Assembly: GCA_964507055.1 (NCBI GenBank)
Contig: CAZDOJ010000001.1
Coordinates: 913,313-977,312, forward strand
Origin: an uncultured Gammaproteobacteria bacterium
GTDB taxonomy: Bacteria > Patescibacteriota > Microgenomatia > Levybacterales > UBA12049
Length of the DNA stretch: 64,000 bases
Direction: 5' to 3'
A model generated the notes under the pieces. That model did no database searches and was not told the origin of the DNA. It saw nothing but the letters and a program-made list of their open reading frames with translations. The position numbers were made by a program, and so were the translations under genes. The stretch's first letter is position 1; every line of letters begins with the position of its first letter. Positions 46,133-55,600 of the stretch are shown here, in pieces.

Positions 46133-49100
46133 CTATTCAATCTCTTCTTGTCGAGTCTGTGGAGCTACATAATTAACAGGTCTAAAACTGTTAGGAATTC
46201 CAGAGTAATTGTAAGCCGTTTGAGGAGACATTGCCGCACCATTTGAAGCGACTCCATTTGCAGGAGGTGGTGTGCTATCTACTGCACCATTCGGCAAACT
46301 TGTTGGTGCTGGCGTTTGGAATACAGGGCTCGTATTCTCTGCCTGAGCAGGAGCCGCAGGTGATGCCGGAGCAACTGGCACTGCTGCTGGATCATTCACA
46401 ACTGCACCAGCAGGGGCCGGAGCAACTGGTTCTGAACCTACAGGAGTATTCACTGGAGCATCAGCTGGAGTTGTTGAGTCTGTTGGTTGTTGAGATTGAT
46501 CTTGTGTCGAACCTTGTGCATCCTGCGGTGCATTAGGATCTGTTCCTTCGACAGGTTTATCTGTTGGAGGTTGATCTCCACCATCGGTAGGTTGTCCTTC
46601 TTGTGCTGCAGGTGCATCATCGACTGCGATATTCTTCACACCAGCTGTCTCGAGAACGAGAATAGCAATCTCATCCTTTTGTCCTGCAGCTGCCACCATA
46701 TCTTCAACCATCTTTTCTAGTTCCTCATATTTAACGGTATCCTTAACAGCCAATACTGCTGCTGCTAATTGATTGCCTTTTTGACTTGCTTCATTCAATT
46801 TCGCTTGAACTGATGTGTACTTCTCTTTATCAGATGGTGTCTCTGCTGTAACAGGATTATTGATAAGCAAGAGGTGCTTCTTAAAGTTACGCAGTGGTTC
46901 ATGTGCTAATTCTTCTTCGATAACTTTGAGAATCTCAGTAGCCAATGGATCGCCTGAGTCTTTTGCAGCTTGTAGTTCTTTCTGAATAGCTGCGATGTCA
47001 TCATCAGAAGTTATATCTGTAATTGCCAAGATCTTACTTGCAAGCTCATTATTCTCTTTCTTTGCCTTCTGCATCTTTTCATATACAAGATTAAACTGGT
47101 CTTTCACTTCAGGATCAGCGAGATAAAGTGGATTAATAAGCTGCTTTAGAACATTCTTGAATTTCGTGACAGGCTCTTCGTTGTGTGCTTCTTCCGCTTC
47201 TTCTACAAGCTCACTATTTACTGCTGCAAGGATATCTTCAGCCAAGCTATCTTCATTTTCTTTAGCAGCCTTCAAATCTGTCATCAAATCCTCAATTGCA
47301 GAATCGGAAGTTGTATCATTAACCGCGAGAATCTTAGTAGCCAAAGCATTTCCTCGTTGGCTCTCCATATTGAGTTTCTCATGGAGTTCCATGAACCGGA
47401 TCTTCTTATTATTATCTTTGATATCGTCAGGGTGAATGATTTCAAGAAGGATCTTTTTTAGCTTCAAAGACGCTTGGATCTGTTGTGCCATACTATTGGC
47501 AAGCTCAATAATTTCAAATGCTAAATTGTCACCCTTTGCCTTTGCTTCTTCAATCTGTTTACGCAATGTTTGAATCTGTTTCAAATCAGTAGAGACAGTC
47601 ACTTCTAAAATACTGCTTGCCATTGCATTCTTATCTGTTCGAGCTTGGATTAACTTGTCATGAAGGACAATAAATCGTGACTTATCAACTGTACTTGTAA
47701 TGTTGTCTGGATTTGCCAAGTTGATCAAAACAGTTCTGAACTGTTCATCAGATAATGGCATAACTGTTGCACCAGCTCCACCTTTGTTAAAGACGAACTC
47801 ATTTGTATTATCACTGTAATCAATAACAATCGTGTCCCCAGCAACAAATTTCTTTGAAATGATCGCTAATGCGATAGGATTCTCAATCGCTGTTTGGACA
47901 AGTCTTCGGAGAGGTCGAGCACCATAGACAGGATCATATCCATCTTTCGCAAGCTGATTGATAGCCTTTTCTGTGATCTGCAGATTGTAGCCTTGCTCTT
48001 TCAAAAGCTTTGCAGTCTTTGCGATCGCCAAACGTGCGATTCCAGCCATATGTTCTGGTTGCAATGGCTTAAAGATAACAACTTCATCAAAACGATTAAG
48101 GACTTCCGGACGGAAGAATTTAATAAGTTCTTCGCGAACTTTAACCTGCATATCCTTAAAGATTTTTTCAAACTCTTCTGGAGTTCTCTTTGCTTTTGAA
48201 TCCACGTTGCTCAAAAATTGCTGGATAATGCCACTTCCGATATTGGAAGTACAAATAACGATAGTATTCTTAAATGAAATTGTATTACCTTTGTTATCAG
48301 TCAAACGTCCATCTTCAAGCAGTTGGAGCAAGATATTAAATACATCAGGATGAGCTTTTTCGATTTCATCAAGAAGTACGATAGAATAAGGTTTCTTTCG
48401 AACAGCTTCAGTTAATTGGCCACCTTCTTCATATCCAACGTATCCTGGAGGTGCACCAATAAGTTTTGCAACTTCATGCTTCTCCATGTATTCAGACATA
48501 TCCATACGAGCCATTGCATCATCACGTCCGAAAAGAAGTTCTGCAAGTGTCTTTGCAAGTTCGGTTTTACCTACACCGGTAGGACCAAGGAATACGAAAG
48601 ATGCGATAGGGCGATTTGCTGCAGCTAAACCGATTCTTCCACGTCGTACAGCTTCCGAAACAGCACCAACAGCTTCTTCTTGATCAACCATTCTATGATG
48701 GATTCGGTCCTCAAGCTTAAGAAGCTTTTCACTTTCATCTTCAGTAAGCTTCGTAATTGGAATACCAGTCCAAGCACTGACGACTTTTTCAATATCAGCC
48801 TTTTTGATTGATGTATCTCCTCCACCACGATTACCACCGTCTATTTGGAGCTTAACTTCAGAAGCAGCTTCATCGAGAAGGTCGATCGCCTTATCTGGAA
48901 GGTATCTTTCACCAATATATTTTTTAGAAAGTTTGACACACTCTTTCAAAGCATCATCTGGGATTTGAATTCTGTGGAATTTCTCGTACTTTGGTCGAAT
49001 AACCTTAAGCATCTCGAACGCATTCTCTTCACTTGGTTCATCTGCAGTGACAGGCTGGAATCGTCGTTCAAAGGCCTTATCTTTCTCAAAATTCTTTCGA

Positions 49101-50428
49101 TATTCAATAGTTGTTGTTGCACCAATAAGCTGGAAATGACCACGTGCCAAATGAGGCTTGATGATGTTTGCTGCATTCATACCTTCACCCTCGCCAGTTC
49201 CCATCAAAGCATGAATTTCATCAATAAAGAGAATGATTCGATTATTTGAACCAAGTACCTCGTTAATAACACCTCGCATACGTTCTTCAAATTCTCCTCT
49301 GTGACTTGCACCAGCAACTAACGACGCCACATCAAGTTGGAAAATCCTTTTTTCCTGAAGATCTTTTGGAACTGCACCCTGTACAATTTTTTGTGCAAGC
49401 CCTTCGACTAATGCTGTTTTACCAACACCAGGTTCACCGATAATAATCGGATTATTTTTTGTTCTTCGAAGCAAAACATGGACCATACGATCAACTTCTT
49501 TATCACGCCCAGCAACGGGGTCAAGGCGTCCCGCTCGAGCTTCTTCAGTAAGATCAATACCATATTTTTCAAGAACTGTCTTCTTCCCAAAATTGCTATT
49601 AGGGTTTTTTGAAAGCTTCTCGACCATTTGCTCTTTCTTTAAGTTGTGCTTTTCCAAAAGTTTACCAGTGGTATATTTAGGATCAAAGAGTACTATTAAT
49701 ATATCTTCAGGTGCTATAAAGTTTGCTCCATGCATTTTTGCATCTCGATATGCTTGATCGAATACTTCTTGAGCGGTTTTACTCAGCGTTGGTTGGCCTT
49801 TATAAACCCCCATTTTTTCAGATGCTTGAATTTCTTTAGAAATTTGTCCACCATCAGCATTCATTTCCCCAAGCATTGCATACAACTGTTGGTCATAAAG
49901 AAGTCCAATAAGAACTTGATCAGGTTCAATGAACTGTTGCTTTATACGCTTTGTCTCTTCTTGAGCGTGTGTCAAAGCTTGTGTTGCACGAGGGTCAAGG
50001 TGACTGAGAGCTGAAAGATCCGATTGACCTGCTGCGGGATGTGCTGTTGCACCATCAGATCCTGCAGGTGCTTGTCCCGGTTGACCTGGCTGAGCAGCCT
50101 GACCTGGTTGTGCGTTTGGATCTGGTTGTCCTTGTTGTGGGTTTTGACCATCTTGAGATGCTCCTTGTTGTACTGGCTGACCGGAAGCATCGGTTTGAAC
50201 AGGAGCATTTGGATCAGCAGGACCTGATGAAACTGGGGTTTCGTTTGTCGGAGACTGTACTGCATTCGGATCAGATGGAGCCCCAGTTGGGACAGGAGCA
50301 GCAGTGCTTGCATTTGGGTCAGCAGGAGATTGAGCCTGTGTATTTTGAGGCTGATTTTGAGCACCATTTGGTTGAGGAGTTATACCATCTGGTTGATCTT
50401 TTTTCTGGTTAAAAATGTTTCCGAACAT
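46133..50428 (-). CDS. giant Hsp100/Clp-family double-AAA+ ATPase (1431 aa) with low-complexity termini and four C-terminal repeats of about 95 aa
   Basis: Clp_N repeats. D1 [17 protein letters not shown] / [11 protein letters not shown]2 [19 protein letters not shown] / [15 protein letters not shown] / GARPLRR. Only about 20 aa separate the D1 small subdomain from D2, so there is no ClpB or ClpC M-domain. No IGF/IGL ClpP loop. PQG-rich residues 1-140 and 1270-1431. Confidence 0.75.
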   Translation of the reverse strand: MFGNIFNQKKDQPDGITPQPNGAQNQPQNTQAQSPADPNASTAAPVPTGAPSDPNAVQSPTNETPVSSGPADPNAPVQTDASGQPVQQGASQDGQNPQQGQPDPNAQPGQAAQPGQPGQAPAGSDGATAHPAAGQSDLSALSHLDPRATQALTHAQEETKRIKQQFIEPDQVLIGLLYDQQLYAMLGEMNADGGQISKEIQASEKMGVYKGQPTLSKTAQEVFDQAYRDAKMHGANFIAPEDILIVLFDPKYTTGKLLEKHNLKKEQMVEKLSKNPNSNFGKKTVLEKYGIDLTEEARAGRLDPVAGRDKEVDRMVHVLLRRTKNNPIIIGEPGVGKTALVEGLAQKIVQGAVPKDLQEKRIFQLDVASLVAGASHRGEFEERMRGVINEVLGSNNRIILFIDEIHALMGTGEGEGMNAANIIKPHLARGHFQLIGATTTIEYRKNFEKDKAFERRFQPVTADEPSEENAFEMLKVIRPKYEKFHRIQIPDDALKECVKLSKKYIGERYLPDKAIDLLDEAASEVKLQIDGGNRGGGDTSIKKADIEKVVSAWTGIPITKLTEDESEKLLKLEDRIHHRMVDQEEAVGAVSEAVRRGRIGLAAANRPIASFVFLGPTGVGKTELAKTLAELLFGRDDAMARMDMSEYMEKHEVAKLIGAPPGYVGYEEGGQLTEAVRKKPYSIVLLDEIEKAHPDVFNILLQLLEDGRLTDNKGNTISFKNTIVICTSNIGSGIIQQFLSNVDSKAKRTPEEFEKIFKDMQVKVREELIKFFRPEVLNRFDEVVIFKPLQPEHMAGIARLAIAKTAKLLKEQGYNLQITEKAINQLAKDGYDPVYGARPLRRLVQTAIENPIALAIISKKFVAGDTIVIDYSDNTNEFVFNKGGAGATVMPLSDEQFRTVLINLANPDNITSTVDKSRFIVLHDKLIQARTDKNAMASSILEVTVSTDLKQIQTLRKQIEEAKAKGDNLAFEIIELANSMAQQIQASLKLKKILLEIIHPDDIKDNNKKIRFMELHEKLNMESQRGNALATKILAVNDTTSDSAIEDLMTDLKAAKENEDSLAEDILAAVNSELVEEAEEAHNEEPVTKFKNVLKQLINPLYLADPEVKDQFNLVYEKMQKAKKENNELASKILAITDITSDDDIAAIQKELQAAKDSGDPLATEILKVIEEELAHEPLRNFKKHLLLINNPVTAETPSDKEKYTSVQAKLNEASQKGNQLAAAVLAVKDTVKYEELEKMVEDMVAAAGQKDEIAILVLETAGVKNIAVDDAPAAQEGQPTDGGDQPPTDKPVEGTDPNAPQDAQGSTQDQSQQPTDSTTPADAPVNTPVGSEPVAPAPAGAVVNDPAAVPVAPASPAAPAQAENTSPVFQTPAPTSLPNGAVDSTPPPANGVASNGAAMSPQTAYNYSGIPNSFRPVNYVAPQTRQEEIE
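46619..47776 (-). repeat. intragenic tandem protein repeats (4 x about 95 aa) in the Hsp100 giant; same family as in the adjacent membrane protein tail
   Basis: Units begin L[AI]NP or IIHP and contain GN.LA..IL.V.D.TS...I..L...L.AAK..GD.LA.EIL (residues about 898-1270). Confidence 0.7.
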
Positions 50429-50528
50429 AGTCCTATTATCTATTAAATACTAAATTTTCACAAAGAACAAGCCCCCCTAAAAAGAGTTATTCGTTCTTGT
50501 TGTCTTTACAGACTTTTCTATTATTTGC

Positions 50529-53500
50529 CTAATTTTTAGCACTTTCGTCTTCTTTTTTATCATTCTCTGTTGCAGACAATTCTTGTGCTGATTCAGACTT
50601 ATTTGTATCGACTGTAATAGCAACTTTACCTTCTTCGTCTTTTTGCAATTCTGCTATAACATTCTTTCCGGCTTCTGCCTTGGCTTTTAAGTAGCCCATA
50701 ACTTCTTGTGATGAGAATCCTCCAAGCATAAGCATTGGCAATATCTCAGAGACCTTCTCCATTCCTTCTGCTTGCTTTTGCGTATCAGATGAACCGAGCA
50801 ATTCAATAGTTTCTTCTACCATCTTTACATCGGATTCGATCCATGCGATACGACCTGTTGCTTCACTACCAAATTCTGCAGGAACTGGAAGTGTTCTATA
50901 ATTTTCTTCCCATAGCTTTTTAACTTCTTCATAATCTTCATCAGAAACTGGTTGAAGTTTGTTATCTTCAGGAGCGATACTATCATCAGGGAGATGCTCA
51001 AGAATTGATTGAGCAACTGGTTCTCCCTTTGCGTTTGCATCTTTTAGTTTCTCACTAAGTTTTTCTATGTCATCTACTGAAGTAACATCTTTTGTAGCAA
51101 GAATCTCTTTTGCTAACTCATTTCCTTCTTCACTCGCCTTAGTGAGAGAATCATGTAATTCAGTAAATCGTTTCTTATCTGCCTCTACCGTCGACTTTGT
51201 AGGATCTGCAATCTGAGAAAGAACAGTCTTTACAGTATCAGATTTCTTCCCTTGAGCCTTCATTGATGCTCGAAGAAGAACCGCAGCAGTAACATTACCT
51301 TTCTGTTTTTCATCTAATAGGGTCTGGCGTACGTTCTCAAACTTAGATCTTTCAGTGCTATCTGTTATCGCTGAAGGATTTGCAATCTTACTAAGAACGC
51401 TTTGTACTTTCTCTATCTCTGCTGTCCGTGAAGCATCTTTCTTCAATGCTCTTGTTTCAAACTGTGCAATATCTCTCAGTTTTGGAACCTGTAAATTAAC
51501 CATATTGAATATTTCATTCGAGATTTGAGGAGCAGAGATAGTTGTATGATTTGTGACATTTGTTACATTTCCGAGAGAACTAAGAGGACTCTCATCTTCA
51601 TCATCAGCAGAACTCGAGCTTGAACCAGCTGAGCTACTTGAATCAGATGAATCTGTTTGCTCCATAGATGCAACCATAGTCTTTGCAGCATGAGTGGATG
51701 TTGTATTAACACTAATCTTATCTTCTTCGTCTGCAGCCAATGTCTTGGATACATCTTTCGCAGCATCCTGCTTTGCTTGGAGATACGAGACGATTTCATT
51801 TTGTGAAAAACCTCCAACCATAAGGAAAGGTAAAATGTTTGAAACTTGCTGCATACCTTCTTTGACTTCTTCCTCATTGGTTGACGAGAGTAATCCAATA
51901 GTTTCATCAATACTTTCGATATCATCTTTAATCCACTCTGATCGAGTACCAGCCATACCTTGAGGTACTTCGAGGTTTTGGTAGTTCTGCTTCCACATAT
52001 CTCGAACTGCCTGATAGTCTTCTTTACTAACATTCTGTACCCGATTAGTAGTAGGCAATGAAGCAGTCTTTTGTGCCAATGCCGCAACTTCTGCTGCCAC
52101 TGGTTCACCTTTTACTTGAGCCTCTTGAATCTTCTGTTGTAATGCCTCAATTTCAGACACTGATGTTTTATCACTTACTTTAAGAATTGATGTAGCAAGT
52201 TGGTTTCCTTGAGAGCTTGCTTTTTCAAGAGTTGCTTTCAATTTGGTAACAGCCTGTTTATCTGCAGTGTGTGTTACAGAACCAGGATTCGCCATCTGTG
52301 AAAGAACATTCTTAATTGATGAAGTTGCTTGAGCTTGTTGCTGTACTGTTGTTGAAACTGATTTTCCAAGATGAGTATTAGAGACTTGACTCAATTGCCC
52401 CTGAATCTTCTCAATTTCTTTATCTGATGTCTTATCACTTACTTTAAGAATTGATTGAGCAAGTTGACTTTTTTCTGTGGTCTTTGCCCCCTGGCTTTCT
52501 TTAACAAGCATTCCATTGAGCTTTGTCATCTTGTCACGATTAGTTACGTTCGCAAGTGAAGGGTTTGCCATTTGCTTTAAGGATTCACGCATCTGTTGAT
52601 TTGAGACTTGTGTATTGCGTTTCGCAGTTACGCTTGCAGCATTCATGATTGAGTTAGCAAGAAGATTACCTTTCTCATTATTTGTAGAGATATTCTCATG
52701 AATCTCAACATATCTATCTCTTTCTACAGTATTTGTAACTGATACCGGATTTGCGATTCTCTCAAGAGTCTGTGTCATTCGAGTAGTTTCTTGTTGCTTC
52801 GATTGGTCACGAGACATAAGAGCCGCATCGTATTTAGCAATGTCACGAAGACTAGGAACTTTAACATTTGCAGCACTGAGCACTTGGGCATTAACAGTTG
52901 CACTATTAATATTTGCCAATGGTATGGAGGTCGGCTGTGCAAAGGTTGCCTGCATATTCTGAACATTCAATTCCTTAGCTGCACCTGCAGGTCCAGGACC
53001 CAAATCCTTTGGTATTGCAAATTTCTTGGCAAAAGGTAATGCAATTGCGGCACCACCAGGAGATTCGGACTTACCACCGCCTCCAGGAGGTTGCTTATTC
53101 GTTGATGCCATATTAACAAGTGTTTTCATCACTGCTGTATCACCAGGAGCGAAATTGGAAGCATAATCCAGGAAAATCTGTAGCAAAATCCATGGAAGCA
53201 GAATAACAATCCACAACATGATAAGAGAAACAACATAAAGTGCGAAAGTTTCGATCAAGTTAACACTATTCGTAGGCGTAACGAACTGTCGTGGTCCACC
53301 AAGAAGAATATTAACAGCAGTAGGGAAGACAATTTGGCTTGCATTACCAATATTTGAATTAACGAATACAAGTGGGATCTGATTCTTCCAAAGATACACT
53401 AAACCATTAAGGAAGATCGCAAATAAAGGTGCATACAATAACCATCGGAAAAATTCTCCGATCCAGATCTTTGCTGTATTTCGAACAGGATAATAAAGGA

Positions 53501-54275
53501 GCAAGATTGGGAAAATTGGAGAAACAATAATGAAGAACCAAAGAATAATTTTTCGGACCAAAAGTAAGAAGACCATTACGAAATATGTCAGTGCAGTTAG
53601 TTTGGTCAATAAGAGAGAGATAAATGCAGACTCAGCATATTGATCCCCAAGCAAACGTAAACCTACAAAAGTTCGATAATCCCATCCTACATAAAGAAGA
53701 TCCTTTTGTGAGATACAATCCGGTGGACATGGATTATTGATATTTGAACGTAGAAAGAAACCTTGGATCAAATCGGTAAACTGATAGAAGAACTGCAGTA
53801 ACGAGTACGAGAATACAATAAGTAAGACAACAGCCACAAATCGTGGAATAAAACGCATGATTGTAAGACTTTTACCTCTGGTAATAATAATAACCATTGA
53901 GGTTGCAAGAATAACAACAAATAAGAGTGGTACTACGATATAAAGAACGATCAATGACCAATACTGTGCGATTGGATTGTTACTGTCATCGCATTGTCTG
54001 TCGGTTACACGATTTACACAAACCCAGTTGTAATTCTTCAACGTCCAGTCAAGAAAAAGTCCTGCACGAGCAGCGTTCTTACCGATAAATGTAACTTCAG
54101 GATCAATAACCCAAATAGACTGAGAGGCTGCAGAAGATCCAGTTGTAGGTTGCTGTTGTCCAGGCTGCAATTGCGTACCGGGACCAGGACCACCGGCAGC
54201 AAAAGTATTAGCTGGAGAAGAAAACGCGATAATCGCAAAAATGAACGTGAATAGAATGGACAGAATTCTTTTCAT
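50529..54275 (-). CDS. large polytopic membrane protein (1248 aa): signal peptide, Cys-containing exo-domain, about 7 TM, then a hydrophilic tail of about 870 aa built from two duplicated super-units. Tentatively VirB6/TrbL-like
   Basis: TM segments lie between residues about 105 and 370. A Gly-rich linker (PPGGGGKSESPGG) follows. The tail carries ANP...GN.LA..IL.V.D.TS repeats (ANPVSV, ANPSLAN, ANPGSV, ANPSAI, ADPTKS). The motif W..NY..L.VP...G....WI..D....EETI.LL.S.....EGM..VS.ILP.LM.GGFS is duplicated (755-842 and 1113-1205). Confidence 0.6.
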   Translation of the reverse strand: MKRILSILFTFIFAIIAFSSPANTFAAGGPGPGTQLQPGQQQPTTGSSAASQSIWVIDPEVTFIGKNAARAGLFLDWTLKNYNWVCVNRVTDRQCDDSNNPIAQYWSLIVLYIVVPLLFVVILATSMVIIITRGKSLTIMRFIPRFVAVVLLIVFSYSLLQFFYQFTDLIQGFFLRSNINNPCPPDCISQKDLLYVGWDYRTFVGLRLLGDQYAESAFISLLLTKLTALTYFVMVFLLLVRKIILWFFIIVSPIFPILLLYYPVRNTAKIWIGEFFRWLLYAPLFAIFLNGLVYLWKNQIPLVFVNSNIGNASQIVFPTAVNILLGGPRQFVTPTNSVNLIETFALYVVSLIMLWIVILLPWILLQIFLDYASNFAPGDTAVMKTLVNMASTNKQPPGGGGKSESPGGAAIALPFAKKFAIPKDLGPGPAGAAKELNVQNMQATFAQPTSIPLANINSATVNAQVLSAANVKVPSLRDIAKYDAALMSRDQSKQQETTRMTQTLERIANPVSVTNTVERDRYVEIHENISTNNEKGNLLANSIMNAASVTAKRNTQVSNQQMRESLKQMANPSLANVTNRDKMTKLNGMLVKESQGAKTTEKSQLAQSILKVSDKTSDKEIEKIQGQLSQVSNTHLGKSVSTTVQQQAQATSSIKNVLSQMANPGSVTHTADKQAVTKLKATLEKASSQGNQLATSILKVSDKTSVSEIEALQQKIQEAQVKGEPVAAEVAALAQKTASLPTTNRVQNVSKEDYQAVRDMWKQNYQNLEVPQGMAGTRSEWIKDDIESIDETIGLLSSTNEEEVKEGMQQVSNILPFLMVGGFSQNEIVSYLQAKQDAAKDVSKTLAADEEDKISVNTTSTHAAKTMVASMEQTDSSDSSSSAGSSSSSADDEDESPLSSLGNVTNVTNHTTISAPQISNEIFNMVNLQVPKLRDIAQFETRALKKDASRTAEIEKVQSVLSKIANPSAITDSTERSKFENVRQTLLDEKQKGNVTAAVLLRASMKAQGKKSDTVKTVLSQIADPTKSTVEADKKRFTELHDSLTKASEEGNELAKEILATKDVTSVDDIEKLSEKLKDANAKGEPVAQSILEHLPDDSIAPEDNKLQPVSDEDYEEVKKLWEENYRTLPVPAEFGSEATGRIAWIESDVKMVEETIELLGSSDTQKQAEGMEKVSEILPMLMLGGFSSQEVMGYLKAKAEAGKNVIAELQKDEEGKVAITVDTNKSESAQELSATENDKKEDESAKN
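50646..52868 (-). repeat. intragenic duplicated super-units (2 x about 330 aa) carrying the ANP/GNxLAxxIL repeat family in the membrane-protein tail
   Basis: Super-unit A is residues about 470-845 (VKVPSLRDIAKYD...). Super-unit B is about 927-1210 (LQVPKLRDIAQFE...). Confidence 0.65.
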
Positions 54276-54283
54276 AAATATGT

Positions 54284-54586
54284 TTAACTAAACCCAGGAA
54301 CTCTCAAGATATCAACGACTACTACTTGAATAAATACATAACCGAAAATAGCTAATAATAACCCGGTAATCGCATAAAAAATATAGCTTTTTCCTACGTT
54401 TACTCTTTGTGGGTCCCCTCTTGAAGTCATAATAGTATATCCTCCAAGGATGAGAGCAATGAGAGCAACCCCTCCTACAAAACTTAACCCAATAGGGTAA
54501 AACTCTTGAACGAATCCAATTGGATCATTCGGCAAGCATCCGAAGTCAGTTGCGACACGATCCAATGGGCATGTAGTTGCAGCCAT
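54284..54586 (-). CDS. 100-aa two-TM hairpin protein, VirB2/TrbC-pilin-like architecture (tentative), with the conserved C-terminal motif DILRVPGFS
   Basis: N-terminal 30 aa with two Cys (CPLDRVATDFGC). TM1 IGLSFVGGVALIALILGGYTIM. Short basic loop. TM2 IFYAITGLLLAIFGYVFIQVVVV. Start verified at 54586..54584. It lies 8 nt upstream of the 1248-aa membrane protein. A paralogous module forms the C-terminus of the 58892..60154 protein. Confidence 0.45.
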   Translation of the reverse strand: MAATTCPLDRVATDFGCLPNDPIGFVQEFYPIGLSFVGGVALIALILGGYTIMTSRGDPQRVNVGKSYIFYAITGLLLAIFGYVFIQVVVVDILRVPGFS

Positions 54587-54652
54587 ATATTAACACTAAC
54601 ATATATTGAAATCGAAACACAATAGGTTTTACTGAGGAAAGTATGTACAGAA

Positions 54653-55537
54653 TTAGAACCAGCTTTTTTTTGAAGACTCACCCTTTTCTTCTTTCAGAAG
54701 GTCTTCCAGGAGTTGTTTCTCTTTATGACCTAATTTCTTTGGAACAACAACTTTAATCTTTACATAGTGATCACCTTTGCCACCGCCTCTAAGTCGTGGA
54801 ACTCCACGTCCTGAAAGTCTAATTAGTGTTCCTGGTTGCGTCCCAGCTGGAACACGAATTTTAACATCGCCTTCAATAGTTTTGATAGAAAGTTCAACAC
54901 CTAATGCAACCTGCGGATAAGAAAGTTCTTCTTCTGTGACAATATCATACCCTTCGCGTCCAAACTTTTTATCAGGTAGTACATCAATCAGAACATCATA
55001 GTCATCAAATCGAATCCGTGAACCTCGATCAACACCGGCTGGAACTTTGATCTTTTGCTTTTTCTCATTAATTGTTACATTCTTTTCTGCACCATGAACG
55101 GCTTCATCAAAAGACACTGTGAGAGAATAAACCGGTCTTCGAGGACGTTGTGCTCCAAAACCTCCACCAAAAAATTGCTCAAAAATATCAAATGGGTCAG
55201 AAAATCCACCAAAATCAGCACCTTGACCGTTCGAAGTATATGTATAACTAAATGGACCTTGCTGTCCTCCAAATGGCCCTCCTCCACCGAATGGTCCTTG
55301 TCCTGCTCCTTGCTCAAAGGCAGCATGACCAAACTGGTCATATTGTTGGCGTTTTTGTACGTTTGATAAGACTTCGTAAGCTTTCGTTACTTCTTTAAAT
55401 TTAGCTTCCCCTTCTTTTGTCTTATTTCGATCAGGATGATATTGCATAGCAAGCTTACGATATGCCTTTTTTATATCATCAGCACTTGCACTTTTCGTGA
55501 GGCCTAATATTTCGTAATAGTCTTTGGAATCTGCCAT
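54653..55537 (-). CDS. dnaJ: DnaJ-family co-chaperone (J-domain plus G/F region plus C-terminal domains; no CxxCxGxG zinc-finger module)
   Basis: [33 protein letters not shown] (HPD). G/F-rich stretch. 294 aa. Confidence 0.8.
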   Translation of the reverse strand: MADSKDYYEILGLTKSASADDIKKAYRKLAMQYHPDRNKTKEGEAKFKEVTKAYEVLSNVQKRQQYDQFGHAAFEQGAGQGPFGGGGPFGGQQGPFSYTYTSNGQGADFGGFSDPFDIFEQFFGGGFGAQRPRRPVYSLTVSFDEAVHGAEKNVTINEKKQKIKVPAGVDRGSRIRFDDYDVLIDVLPDKKFGREGYDIVTEEELSYPQVALGVELSIKTIEGDVKIRVPAGTQPGTLIRLSGRGVPRLRGGGKGDHYVKIKVVVPKKLGHKEKQLLEDLLKEEKGESSKKSWF

Positions 55538-55600
55538 AGGTCATTATTATACTAAAAAAGCGCTCCTCGCGCCCTTTTCTTATTTATATCTAGACTGCAA

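Noticed and set aside
50429-50528. Imperfect inverted repeat (ACAAGAAC...GTTCTTTGT) and a C6 run between the membrane-protein gene and the Hsp100 gene, considered as a terminator.
   Set aside because: The stem needs a bulge, the loop is about 25 nt, and there is no U-run. Not convincing. The genes may still be co-transcribed.
54587-54652. Intrinsic terminator or separate promoter between dnaJ and the hairpin-protein gene.
   Set aside because: Only a short GTATGTAC palindrome and no stem-loop with a U-run. No recognisable -35/-10 pair with proper spacing. Read-through from the hrcA promoter remains the simplest model, but it is unproven.
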